Source: Chrysomallon squamiferum (taxonomy: Eukaryota; Animalia; Mollusca). From it: a DNA stretch of 64,000 nt. The notes below the pieces were generated by a model. That model had not been told where the DNA came from. It worked only from the letters and a program-made list of their open reading frames with translations, and ran no database searches. The position numbers and the translations under genes were made by a program. This document shows positions 39,281 through 58,345 of the stretch, one piece after another. The stretch is from assembly GCA_012295275.1 (NCBI GenBank), contig CM022675.1, forward strand, positions 4,898,001 through 4,962,000. The letters are read 5' to 3'. Within the stretch, counting starts at the first letter, position 1. The number at the start of each line of letters is the position of its first letter.

Positions 39281-39898
39281 CGCCACTAAGACTGATATGT
39301 TGCGTGTAAAAGGTCAAAGGTTGTATTTTGAAATAAGACACTATGTCATTATATCCAAAACTTCACATATTTTATCAGTTTTGAGATAAAGTCTCAAAAT
39401 AAAGTGACCATAAGTGTGCCTGTGAAATTAAACTCAGTACGTATTTATATTTTGGTGTGTTTGTATGTGGGTCTCTTTAGAAGTATGTATGTATGCAGCT
39501 ATGTATTATGAATGTATGCATGCATGTGTACATGTATATATTTGTGTATTTATGTACAAAGACAGATTCATATAAAAAAATAAAAATAAAGTAAGTTAGT
39601 ATTTAAATAAATTCAAGCTACTTACATTAGTAAAATGGATGTATCACTTATAATTATACCAACACAAAACTACAAACAGTGTATTCTGTAATACACATAT
39701 CCATTCATTGATAAACTTGTGTTGTAAGGTTGCTAGGTGTGTAGGCTGAACGTTTCAGTGACAAATGTCATCTCGTGACCTGTTTTCCTCTTTCTATTAA
39801 TATATACTTCCTGGTTGCTTTAAACAAACCTGTTTTTACATCGTCTTGTGTAAGAAGTTTCGTAAATAAAAATAAAGAGAAGAAAACAAAAAGAAATA

Positions 39899-44776
<4,878 letters not shown>

Positions 44777-44999
44777 AGACTACAACACCATGGACAGAAA
44801 CCCTGCAACATCAACAACAACATAAGAACCTTAGCCAGCCATCTTAACCAACCTGACGGTGAAACTACGACATCGCTTGATACTGCTACGTCTGCTTTAC
44901 CAGTCCCCAGTCTGTGCAGACATACCGCCTCGTCTAACAATCTAATTCCCACTAGGAAATCAGAAATATTTGATAACGTCCACGACGATTCCGACTACA

Positions 45000-45626
45000 A
45001 CGACAACGTTTCTAAAATCAGCTGATCTGTTTATTTTGTTCTGGAAAATTTGTATTGAAAAGAATCTCACTAGTAGCTCGATCGATATTTTGATGCAAAA
45101 TTTGTTTCTGCTAGGAAGTGTTTTTTTAAACCTATGTTAACAGGGTCTAAGACCAGAGTTTCTTTTATTATTTTCTCATTTTTTTATTTTTGTTGTTGTT
45201 GTTGTTGTTATTTTTTTACATTACTAGTGGTTCCATAATATATTATATTATATTATTATTATTATTATTATTATTATTATCATTATTATTATTATTATTA
45301 TTTTACACCCTATTTCATTGTTTCCTAACAGCTTGTTTTTGTATTGTTATTTTTTTTAAATCCGATGTTAATAATGTCTCATAGCGTTTTTATTGTTTGC
45401 ATTATTTGTATTTTTCTTTACATCGCTATATGTTGTATTTGTACTTTATCCCAATATCTAAATGTTCTTTTTGTCACTGCGATTTATTTTTCAAATTATT
45501 CCTGAGCTATGTGAAATCTGTTCTTACGTTAACATTTTTAGTATTAATCTGCGCTGATGCAAAATTTGTCGCTTGAAGGAAGTGTTTTCTAAAATCCACG
45601 TTAACAGTTACTTTTTTGTTTTGTTA

Positions 45627-45666
<40 letters not shown>

Positions 45667-47098
45667 TTCTTTTTGTTTATATTGATGTGTTCTCTGTTTC
45701 GTACTCGAAGTCTGTTTTATACTAACTTTTTACTATTAATCTCACTTTATTGTGATACAGTAAACCTCGCACTACTCAAGTGGACCATCAGGTAAATTGA
45801 TATATTTTGACTTTCGAATTATTGATTTATTCTCTGTTTCAAGGGCTGATGAATAAAAACTGGATAAATGGAAAATTTTGTGTTTATTGCACCAGTGTTA
45901 CTTTGTATTGTGAAGAAAATGTTTTAATTTTAATTGAAAGTACTTTGGAACAGCGGCCATTTTGCTATGTTTCTCTGAACGTGTATCACTAACATCGTTC
46001 ATACACTACTTGTTATGTTCACGAGGTTTTTGTCTACGAGTTTTCTTCATATAAACAGCCTCGACCTAACAAAAATTAAATATCTTAGTTTCATTTCCTT
46101 GTCCAGTACACAAGGTTTTGTCACCTGAAAGTTGTAGAAAAGCTCGATGAAAATTTCTGTCAAGTCTGTTAACAATTTTCGAGACGTAATCTCGTTTGAA
46201 AACGAGTCTTTGAAGTTACAGATTTCCTCAAAACAGCAACTGTGTGCAAACATCACCAAAAGAAATTAAACATAAAAACATTCATAGCTTTTGGACTATT
46301 TAACTGACGTCACAACACCCAGAAATGTACACACGCACATACACATACAAACATATACACACACACGTCTTTCTAGATGTATATTCATGTTTATTTAAAA
46401 TTTCTTACTAACAGAGTCTCAGTCTGAATCCTGGTTATGATATGTTCCAGAGTTAGGAGAAAACATTTTGTTTCAGAAAGTTTGGATTTACATTTGAAGT
46501 TGGAGGATTTTATACAAGAATAGTTGTTCAGGCATTGCTAAACATTAGAATACAGATTCTAGAAATGTGCTGTTGAAAAGTGACGTCACAGATTAACACC
46601 AAGAGAAGACAACTGTGATAGCAGTTTTTTTGTTTTGTTTTACATGTCTACTGCAACACAGAAATTAATTAATTCAAAGTTAATTCACCTCCCAAAAGAT
46701 AAACGTGAAAAGTACTTGTCCAATGAAGAGCAAATGGTGCGGGGAGGGGGGTCGAGTGTTTGACATTTCAGTCAACATTTGAACATTTTTAACGTTGATT
46801 TTCAAGAACCGAGATTTACACATTTTGTTTTTTTTCTTTTTACACAAAATAAATTCAGGTCCATTTCAAGATGTAGTAACAAATTCCATTGAATGAAGTC
46901 AGTTTCGGAGAGTGATGAGCTCTCTAAAGGAGAGAAACACAACTGTGAAACTTAGTTTAATGTAATAATTTTATTTCTGCTGTTTTTGTGAGACAGTTCT
47001 TCTTGGTGTTTCACCTTTTGGTCATAATTGCTTTTGAGGTAATATATATTTATTTGTAAATGAAGAAAATAATAAAAAAAGATAATAATAATAAAAAA

Positions 47099-47139
<41 letters not shown>

Positions 47140-47450
47140 TGATGATGAAAATGACGATGATGATGATGATGATTATGATGATGATAACAATAACAACGTA
47201 TTAGTGATATTAATGAGTATGGGAGGGAAAAAGAAAGAACAAGAAAGACAAAATGTCACAATAACACACAGGACGTAGGTGACAACCATATTATGTAACT
47301 GTGGGTGTGTGTTTTCTCCGCTATTTGTCGATCTGCGCTATTTTAAAACTGCGCTGCGCATTCTAATGATCGGTAAAACTCGCGATATTCTCGAAATCAC
47401 TTCGAGTCAAATCAGTCAGCACTTACACACATCCTAACTGTTAAACTCTA
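45000..47450 (+). repeat. Duplicated 3'/intergenic block of copy C, homologous (inverted) to about 57290-60590 downstream of copy E
   Basis: E.g. 45690-46110 vs 58440-58850 and 59290-59575; 46780-47030 vs 57830-58060; 47275-47450 vs 57285-57460. Confidence 0.85.
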
Positions 47451-48434
47451 TGTTTCACTAGAGACAGCACATAATTATTAAATAAAATATACAATGTAAA
47501 CCTGCCAGATTTTATTTATTTTTGTGACACACACATATACACCCTGAATTTGAGTGAAACCTTTTCGTAATTAAACTAATACAAAACGTGTTACCTAATG
47601 TACACTGACCTACAAATTGAATACAAACACGCTTTGTGTTTAAAATGAAGGAGATTTAATGATAATGTCACAGGATATAACTAAATAAATAGATAAAGTC
47701 AACTTAAAAACCCCAAAATATGAAAAAGTTTAATTTTAGAGCATTAGTTTTGATTCTAATGACAAGTTTCTAGTGAGATTATCATAAATTCAATAATAAA
47801 ACGTGGTGAGTACAAAAATGTGACAAAACACTTTCTTATCTTATTACTACCTGGTTTGTAGTTTAACAAAGTGAAACAAATATTTCTGTTGTTTGGGGAG
47901 TCACTGCCATCAATAAACATAAACAATGCAAACGACTTTATTTTGTTATAAACAATCTTCAAATGAAAACCACATTACCTACATTAACTACATTAAACGT
48001 ACAAAGTAGCCAACTGTGAAGATGATCTAAATTAATTACAGCTGTCTGTTTAATTAGTATTAACATTCTCTGTATGACTGAGTGTTATAAAACTGAGATA
48101 TACTACTTGTGTAATCTCTGTCCCAGGTAATACCACACCCAGATTTTTATGTGTCAAAATCATTCTGTAAGAAAACAACTGCTTTCCATTATTTATATTG
48201 CACAGATCTTCAAACATCGCATTTTAGTTGATAAAATAATTTTATAATATATACCAATGCTTGAAATTTACAAACTTAATATTGATTGTTTTAAACAAAT
48301 GTGACAGTTCAAAGGTTGTTTTTTGTTAATATACAGAACTTCTTGTATTTATCAGTTTTGCGAAGAACTGAAGAAGTCACTGGTTTTTAATCTAATATTG
48401 TCTGTTATCTCTGTAATCTTACGTTGTCATCCTG

Positions 48435-48950
48435 AAAATAAGCTGTGAATACGTTCATATAAAAATAAGTTATAAATATCTGTGTATTTGAAAATTAGCT
48501 GTGAGTACGTTGATATAAAAATAAGCTGTCAATATATGTGCATTTGAAAATAAGCTGTGAATATCTGTGTGTTTGAAAATTTGCTGTGAATACGTTCCCA
48601 AAAATAAGTTGTAAATATCTGTGTATTTGAAAATAAGCTGTGAATATCTGTGTGTTTGAAAATAAGTTGTGAATACGTTCCCACAAAAATAAGTTGTAAA
48701 TATCTGTGTCTTTGAAATTTAGCTGTGAATACGTTCCCACAAATATAAGTTGTAAATATCTGTGTATTTGAAAATTGGCTGTGAATACGTTCGTACAAAA
48801 ATAAGCTGTGAATATCTGTGTATTTGAAAATTAGCTGTTAATACACCCATTCAAAAATAAGATGTGAATTTCTGTGTATGTGAAAATTATCTGTGAATAC
48901 GTTCATATAAAAATAAGCTGTGAATATCTCTGTATTTGAAAATTAGCCGT
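48435..48950. repeat. Minisatellite of 27-28-bp subunits (dimer about 55 bp)
   Basis: aaaataagctgtgaatacgttc.../aaaataagttgtaaatatctgtgtatttg repeated; a degenerate counterpart lies at about 2380-2580 on the other strand. Confidence 0.85.
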
Positions 48951-49261
48951 GTTTGTATGTGGTGTGTCTAGATGTGTATATGTAAACATGTATGTATGTA
49001 CGTACGTACGTACGTATGTGTGTATGTATGTATTTGTTTTTGCATGCGCTATATAAGTATCTCTTTTTGTATGTATGTATACATGTATTAATGTATGTAT
49101 ATAAAAAGACGGAGACATATACATACATGCACATGGTATTACTAAAGTAAGCTATTGTTCAGATTAATTCATGCAATTACATTAGTAAAACAACGCATCG
49201 CTTATAATTATACACAAAGAAAACTACAACCAATGAATTGTGTAAACTAAGAACCCACTTA

Positions 49262-49516
49262 CTGACTCATTGTGAGGCTGCTAGCTGTGTGTGTTTAGCT
49301 GACTCATTGTGAGGCTGCTAGCTGTGTGTGTTTAGTTGACAGTTCTGAGGCTGCTAGCTGTGTGTGTTTAGTTGACTCATTGTGAGGCTGCTAGCTGTGT
49401 GTGTTTAGTTGACAGTTCTGAGGCTGCTAGCTGTGTGTGTTTAGTTGACTCATTGTGAGGCTGCTAGCTGTCTGTGTTTAGTTGACTCATTGTGAGGCTG
49501 CTAGCTGTTTGTGTTT
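49262..49516. repeat. Minisatellite, about 7 copies of a 36/37-bp unit
   Basis: gactcattgtgaggctgctagctgtgtgtgtttagtt interspersed with gacagttctgaggctgctagctgtgtgtgtttagtt. Confidence 0.92.
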
Positions 49517-50056
49517 ATTATGTTAATTAATTGGTATTTTAGAAATTTCAGTTTTACTTAAGTTTTATTTATTGATTAATTGGTATTTTAGAAATGTGAT
49601 TATGGTGATTATATTTTATGGTACAGAAACAGAATTCTTTTTAGAATAATGTCTGCTGAATGTTTAAAAATGTTTAACATGAAATCCTCGTATCATAGAA
49701 TAATAATAATAACAATAATAATAATAATAACAACAACAACAACAACAACAACAAAACAAAAGCAACAACAGCAATGATAACTGTAATAACATCAACAACA
49801 AGAATAATATTACAACATCAAACAACAATAATGATAGTTGTGATAATGAGCTAACTACATAGCGTAACAACAAAAGATAAAACAGTTGAACTGGGAGTTT
49901 CGACATAACATAACATGTTTTAATATAACAGGTAAACATTGAATAATAACACAAACTAGCATGTTTTAACATAATATCTTTTAAAAATAAACTACTTACT
50001 GTAAACGCAAAACTACATAAAATAACATAATACCTACAGCAACATTATATTTAAAA

Positions 50057-50256
50057 NNNNNNNNNNNNNNNNNNNNNNNNNNNNNNNNNNNNNNNNNNNN
50101 NNNNNNNNNNNNNNNNNNNNNNNNNNNNNNNNNNNNNNNNNNNNNNNNNNNNNNNNNNNNNNNNNNNNNNNNNNNNNNNNNNNNNNNNNNNNNNNNNNNN
50201 NNNNNNNNNNNNNNNNNNNNNNNNNNNNNNNNNNNNNNNNNNNNNNNNNNNNNNNN
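50057..50256. other. Assembly gap (200 N)
   Basis: Run of 200 N. Confidence 1.
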
Positions 50257-50773
50257 ACTCTTAATCTGTTATAATAATAATATAATAATAATAATAATAA
50301 TAGTAATAGTAATAAGTAAAAACAAAGACAGAAAAAGAAAAGAATAATAATAACAAAAAAATAATAACAAACAACAAAGAAGAAGAAAAAAGGAAATATG
50401 AAAAACGAAAAAGAAAAGGAGTTGATATGAGACACTGCTAGCGAGGATTCCTTCAAGAGACAAAATTTTACATCAGTTCAGATTGATACTTAAAATGTTA
50501 GTGTAAGAACAGATTTCACATGTCACAGAAATAAGGTAAAAGATAAAGAGCATTGACGAAAAGTTCATTTAGATATTAGGATAAAGTCAAATACAAAATA
50601 CAAAGGTAAAAATAATAATACAAATAATGCGAACAAAAAAAGCGGTATTAACTATTAACATAGTGTTTACAACAACAACAACAACATCAAAATAAATCAA
50701 TCAATAATAAAATCAAAAAATATAAAATTAAATATTAAAACATAAACATGGGATGAAGCACTGTTAATAAATA

Positions 50774-50832
<59 letters not shown>

Positions 50833-50931
50833 GTGGTATGAGACACTGTTAAGATGGATTTCAAAAATCTCTTCACAGCAGACGACAAATTTTGAATCAA
50901 AATATCGATCGAGTTACTACTGACATTATTT

Positions 50932-53028
50932 TCAATCAGAATTTTCCAGAACAAAATAAAAATGTTCACTGCCTTCAGAAACGTTGTCGTTTTTGTCCGA
51001 ATCGTCGTGGACGTTAACAGAGATTTCTGATTTCCTAGTAGGAATTTGAATGTTAGGAGAGGCAGTATGTCTATACAGACTGGGGTGTGGTAAATCAGAA
51101 GTAACAACATGAGCGATGTCGTAGAGGTCGCTGTCAGGCTGATTGAGATGGTCATACAGTTCTGATGTTGTTGTTGATGTTGGAGGTTTCTTGTCCATCG
51201 TGTCGTAGTCTTCAGAATCAACGAGGTGGCTGTAGATGTCAGATACAGTTGGAGTTGTTTTTTCCTTGTTTTTGCTGTCGTAGTCGCTGTCATTGTCATC
51301 TCCAAGCCGGTTGTAGACATCAGATGTAGTTGTTTTCTTTTTCTTATCACAGGTATCGTAGTCGCCGTCGTTGTGCCCAGCAAGGTTGTTGTAGATGTTA
51401 GATGTACGAGTTATTGTATTTGTTGTGTCTATGTTGTTGTAATCTCCGTCATGGCTGCCTGAAAGGTGTTTGTCCACTTCAGATGTTGTAGTAGGTGCCG
51501 TGTTGATATCCGATGTGTCGTAATCTCCAACGTTGTCGTCAGCAGTAGATCTGTTAATGTGAAGTGCTTTAACGATGTCGCAGTCGTTATCATTTGTGTT
51601 TTCCACGTTGATAGTAACTCCACTTGAGACGTTGTAGTAAACACTGTGGTTTCCTTGATTTTCTGATTAAAATTCATAATCTGGCGACGTCGATGTCGTT
51701 GTTACCTCATAAAATGTTCAGCAGATCTGATTTCATTGTTTCTTTTGCTAAAATTAATTCTTGATTCTGCTAACTTCTGTGAATTAAAACAAAATCGACG
51801 TGTTCTGAAAAATGAAGACATTATTCAAATTTAAACTGTGAAATACTAAGTTAGTTTTATTATACGAGTTTCTGTCGTGACGACTCTGATAACTGAAAGG
51901 AAGAACTATTTTAAATTTCAAGTTAACTAAGAAGAATAAAAGTGAAATGTGTAGATTTTTTTTACTTTCTTTCATACGTTTGTATATAAATGTATTATTT
52001 TCATTCATACTTTCTTGTTCTTTCATACCTCTTTTCTTTCTCTTTCTTTTATTATTTCGTGTCTGTCTATCTTTGATTCACACCTTTTTTCTTTTATTCT
52101 TTCTTTTTCTTAGTATTTTTAACAAACATAATAAAGAACAGATTGTTTTTTCTTTCTTTTTCATTCATTCATTCTTTGTTCCTTCTCTATTATTCATTCA
52201 TATTTCATTCTTTGTTTGTTTCTTTTTTTCTGTTTTTCTGCTTCATAAATTTCATAATTTGGTTTACTAAATAGTTATAAGAAATTCCTACCGTTTAGAC
52301 CAAACTACGACGACAACAGTGACAACCAACACAACTACAATAGCAGCGACGCCTCCACCAACAGATGCTGAAAATAGTTAACACTGATTTTAATCTAAGT
52401 ACAATTAACTATGTAAATGTTTTTATTCATCTGTCTGTTTGTTTGTTATTATTTATTTCCCTTACTACTGAAATAATTTTATCAATTTTAATACAACTAT
52501 AATTCATTACTAACCCCTTGTTCAAATTACATTATATTAAATAAATTACTGACAGTATTAAAATAAAATGAATCTGATAAATTAAAAGAAATAATTGAAA
52601 AGCATACTGAAAATGAAAATATATTTAATTAATTTTAATAAGGTTAGTAGAATAAATCTAGAAAATTAACTCAAAGCTAGTAAAATAGGTTTTAAACAAA
52701 GCTAATAAATGAATACTTGCCATAAAATTAATAAAATAATTGTTTTGAATTAAGCTGTAAAAAAATCTAGAGATAAAAACTAATAAATTAAATCTAATAA
52801 ACTGAAGTAAATAAATAAATAAATATAAACTAGTAAAATATATCTAGTAAATTAAATATACTCAAATAAATAGTAAAATTAAAACTAACCTGACTTGTTT
52901 GATGAATGTTGTGTCTCAGTGGATTGGTTTGTTGGAATTATCTCCCCTGATTTTGTTGGTTCAGAAATAGTAGAAAAAGACGGATTGGAGAATAGTATGA
53001 AAGTTGATAACCTTTTTTATTTTCTAAC

Positions 53029-53088
<60 letters not shown>

Positions 53089-53131
53089 TATAGACAGATC
53101 ATTCTGCAATTGATGTATCTGTTATTTTATG

Positions 53132-53228
<97 letters not shown>

Positions 53229-53635
53229 ATAGACACAACAAACAATAACCTTTTAAGAGTTTCCTTTCGTATTTTATCCTGTTACAAACTGAAATATATA
53301 CACACATACACACATACTTACATACATACAACAGTGCACATAGTTTTATTTGTTGTTATACAGGTTATACTCACACTTCTGACAAATTGTCTGAAATTTA
53401 GTTTGTCGAGAGTAATAATTATATAATTCCTCATCTGCACTATTAACGAGCCAAACCAGACGTTTAAGAAACTTCGTTTTACCAGAAACTAGTTTCTTGT
53501 ACGACACTTCGCTACCTGAAATGAAATACGTTTCTGTTTAGAGATTAATTGATATGAAGTAATAAATCTATAGAAAAAAACCACATTTGTGATGTTGAAC
53601 TACTAATTAATTAAAGAAGAAAAACATCAAGCACA

Positions 53636-53677
<42 letters not shown>

Positions 53678-54888
53678 TCAATAAGAAAATCATATTGAAA
53701 CTTACCGTCAATCCATCTCCATTCAACTTCTCTGTGAAGTCCAAGCCAATAGTGTCGCTGTTGTTTTTCTGACGTAGTCAGATATTTTTTCATTGCTGAG
53801 ATTGTATTACTGGTTAGTTTAGACAGACGTCCACTACAGTATCTACTTGCCCTGTTCCAGTTACTCGTCCATGTTGGAAAGCATGTGCCGTCTTTGCAAA
53901 GGTAGAACCACTTATATTTTCTGTATTTTTCTTAAAAGTAGATAAAAAGCAACTGATGACAATCATATAAAATACTACTATTAATACTACTTCGTCTTAT
54001 CATAACCGCTACTACTACTGCTACTACTTCTACTACTACTAATACTGCTGCTGCTACCAATACTACTACTGCTGCTGCTACTACTACTACTACTACTGCT
54101 ACTACTACAACTACAACTGCTGCTACTGCTGCTACTACTACTACTACTACTACTACTACTCCTGCTAATACTAGTACTGCTAGTAGTGATACTACTTGAA
54201 ATTAATTTAAAAAATGACCTAGACATAGAAGATATGCTCTGTAGCTGTCACAGTTTTGAAAACCAATTGTAAAATTGTCAGAATTGAGCTTGACGTAGCC
54301 GCAGCGCTTGATTCCGTCTGCGCTGTCGTCGATTGTAACTGAAGACAGAAGATCTGTAAAAATAATAATTCATACATTGTTATATCTATAAATATATATC
54401 TGTGACCATGATCATCATCAGGGAAAATATAAAATAAAGGTTTGACCGACAGCCATCTTTAAACATTGATTCATTCATCGATTGTTTCATTCTTTTGTTC
54501 ATTCGGTTTTTCTTTCGATCATTCAAAATCTCAGACTTATACCTTCATCTACTGATGTTAATAAAATACTATAAAAAAGATAAATATTTTAAAGTTATTT
54601 GTGTCACCTGTTCTATAAATAGAAACTGTATTTCGTCTTCCGCAGTATTCTTCATATGTCGCTGCACATCGAACTCGTTTTATAGTTGACTTCACAGGAC
54701 TTGCTGTGTCAGAGATTTTACAGTAACACTGCTTTCCCTACAAAACACAAAATAAATAACAATAAGAACAAAAAATAACCTAGAAAAATATGCAAATAAA
54801 GCTACAATTGTTGTAGTAATATGAACACAGCAACAACAACAGCAACAAAAACAACAACAACAACAACAATAATAATAATAGCAATAAA

Positions 54889-54956
<68 letters not shown>

Positions 54957-56682
54957 AAGAAGAAGAAGAAGAAGAAGAAGAATAACAAGAACAATAACAA
55001 TTCTCTGATTTAACAACAAAAAACTCTGAATTCAATGATTTCCCTCTTTTTAACAGATTTACAATTTAAAATACACACTCATTATTTTACCAGAAAAAGA
55101 AAGATTTTGGTAGTAGTAGTGGTAGAAGTGGTAATAGTAGTAGTGGATGAAGTAGTGGTATTGGTTGCCGCATTGACAGTTTAATAGTAGAAGTATACCT
55201 GTCTGTGTGTCCCATTTGTCTGTGTGTAATTCAGGTAACATAAATCAAGTATATATTTAACACTTTTTGTTTTAAATTCAGTGTTTATGAAGATAAGAAT
55301 TTACCAACCTGATAACCAATTTTTCCATTGCTCGGTTTACATTGCTGGAAGCATTTAAAAGCATCATTGTCTTGTATTTCGTAGTTAGACCTCGAACTCC
55401 CTACATCGATATCTCCAACATACTGAAATCATTTGTCATTGTTCTCTGAAAACAACAACAACAATAACAGCAACAAAATTAGTGATTTTGTTGTTATTGT
55501 TGATGTCATAGATAATGAACAATTTATAAAGTAAAACTTTGATAAAACATTAATTTATATATTTTGTAAACGGAATCGAAGTTATAAATAAGAAAAACTT
55601 ACCAGTCCATTTCCACGGTGTAAACGTCTTTAAAGCTCCTACCAAGTAGTTTGTGTCTTTTTCCATCAAGGAATCAAGTTTGTCGTAGTCTAAATCAGAA
55701 TGAGGAACAACGAGTCTGCCTCCTGCCTCCTCACAGCCAGAATACGCTGCCTCCCACCAAGTTTGTTTTTTATCCAGAGTAAAATATTCTTCTAACATGT
55801 CTTCTTGTTTTCTGTCAGACCACGGACCTGTGTTCATTTATTAATATTTATCTTAATTATTTATGTTGGATTATGTTGATGAAAATTTATATTATGTTAT
55901 ATAATATACATTTATTCATATGTAATTTGTTTATATTGTATAAATTTACACATACATATTTATACTGTTATATTTTATAAACTTATAAATAATTACTTAG
56001 TTATGCTTTGTTGTGTTTTAGTCGAGTTATGTCATACATGTAATACTGCTACGGTATTATTATTGTTATGTTATGTTATGTTACGTTATGTTATTTTATA
56101 AATAATATTGCTGTTATTTATATTTAGCTAGGTCAAAATACGTTAGCTAGTGTTGCATTTATAGTAAATAGTTTATTTTAAAACATGTTATAACGTGCTA
56201 GTTTATGTTGTTATGTTAAATCCTATTACACACTGTTGTTACGCTATGCAGTTATTTAATTTTCGTCGTATCATTCTTTCTTTTTTGTTGTCGCCCTTAT
56301 TATTGCTGTTGATGATGTTGTTACTGTTATTACTATTACTGTCGTTGATGTTGTGTCTGTTGTTGTTATTGTTATTATTAACTATGAATCAACATTTCAT
56401 GTTAAACATCGATTAAACATTCAGAAGGCTCTATTTTGAGAAAGGTCTTCTTTTAACATAATCATCATATACAAGAAATCACAATAATAAAATCCCTATT
56501 AAACAATAAATAAAACTGAAATAAAATATATAATTTTAAGTTATCTGCCCTAGCCTTATACATATTTCAAATGAAGTACAATGAATAAATTAATTTAAAT
56601 AAATACAAAACTTACTTAGTCTTTCTGCACCTGTAATCTGATGGTAGATCGTTAATATAATCACTGCTGTTATTAAATTCAT
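50932..56682 (-). pseudogene. Paralog D: full 10-exon layout with several lesions
   Basis: Exons 56616-56682, 55603-55827, 55309-55445, 54608-54737, 54219-54353, 53706-53930, 53375-53515, 52890 to about 53010 (5' part lost), 52292-52367, 50932-51804. In-frame TGA at 55429-55431; a 25-nt deletion relative to E near 51712 gives TAA at 51702-51704; a further TAA in the original frame at 51667-51669. Confidence 0.85.
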
Positions 56683-57585
56683 CTTTTCTTTCTGTTTTCT
56701 TTTCTTTATTTTTATATACGAAAATTCTTACGCAAGACGATATAAAACCGAGTTTTGCTAAAACCAAGCAGGAAGTAGATATTACTAGAAAGAGGAAAAC
56801 AGATCATGAATCTGGCTACTTAGATTACGGATGACACTGTTTGTAATTTTGTGTTGGTATAATTATAAGTGATGCGTCCGTTTTACTAATATAAGTTGTA
56901 TGAGTTTATTTTAGCAATAAGTTGCTTTATTAATAATATTTGTATGTATTTATATGACTCCGTCTTTTTACATACATTCGTAAATAAATACATTTACTAA
57001 TTCATAAATACATACGATACTACATACATAATTCATACATAGATAGATACAAACATACAAACATACATACATATATAATGCATACATACACTCACACATA
57101 AAACTATGCATCTATGCATATATGCATATACAAATAAATACCACATATATGCACATACACGTATATACATCCACATACAAACACACAGAATTGTATATCC
57201 AAACTCATTTTATTTTCACACGACACCTATTTCCAATTTATTTCACCATTTTCATAATTATGTGCTGTCTCTAGTGAAACATACAGTTTAACAGCTAGGA
57301 TGTGTGTAAGTGCTAACTGATTTGACTCGAAGTGATCTCGAGAATATCGCGAGTTTTACCGATCATTAGAATGCGCAGCGCAGTTTTAAAATAGCGCAGA
57401 TCGACAAATAGCGGAGAATACACACACACAGTTACATAATATGGTTGTCACCTACGTCGTTATAATCTCTCCTATCTCTTACTGTCTTTTCCTTTCTTTT
57501 TTCCCTAGATATCATAAATAGATCGTTATTGTTGTTATTATGATGATGATGATGATGATGATGATTATTATTATTATTATTATTA

Positions 57586-57640
<55 letters not shown>

Positions 57641-58302
57641 ATTTAAAATTAAATTCATATGATCTGTGAGAAATTTGTGACTGATAATACTGGTTTGAGA
57701 TGATAATCATTGTGTTAGTCAAACTTTGTTGTTTGTTTGTTGTAATCAGTTAACTGAAACTTCTGACTGTTTTTTTACTGATGGACTCAGTCTGTCGAGT
57801 CTCAGATGCAATCATGCCCATATAGTGAAACATCAAGAACAATTGTCTCACAAAAACAGTTAAAATAAAATTAATATATTACATTACACTAAGTTTCACA
57901 GTTGTGCTTCCCTCACTTAGAGAGCTCGTCACTCTCAAAGTCTGAATTCACTGAATGCAGCTAGAAATGTTTGGGCCTGAATTTATTTTGTGAAAAATAA
58001 AAACAAAGCTGTAGTAAACCTAGGTTCTTGAAAATCAACTTTTAGAATGTTCAGATGTTGAAATGTAAAATAATATAAACCACATAAACACGAATATACC
58101 TCTAGAAAGACATCGTATATGTGTGTGTGTGTGTGTGTCTGTGTGTGTATGTTTGAGTGTGTGTGTGTGTGTGTGTGAGAGAGAGTGCGTGTGTGTGTGT
58201 ATGTTTGAGTGTGTGTGTGTGTGTATGTTTGAGTGTGTGTGTGTGTCTGTGTGTGAGTGTGTATGTATTTATGTTTGAGTGTGCGTGTGTGTGTGTGTGT
58301 TT

Positions 58303-58345
<43 letters not shown>

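Larger units (their letters stand above)
47750..50056 (+). pseudogene. Paralog fragment F: upstream region and intron 1 with exon 1 missing; runs into the gap
   Basis: 47750-48430 is the reverse complement of the region upstream of A (2590-3360); 49520-50050 is homologous to C intron 1 (40060-40420); no signal-peptide exon lies between them. Confidence 0.7.

Noticed and set aside
50697-51383. Long alternative-frame and antisense ORFs over the tail exons (also 60434-61102, 36682-37182, 44334-44567)
   Set aside because: Shadow frames of the Thr/Asp/Asn-rich tail exons; no independent splice or homology support.
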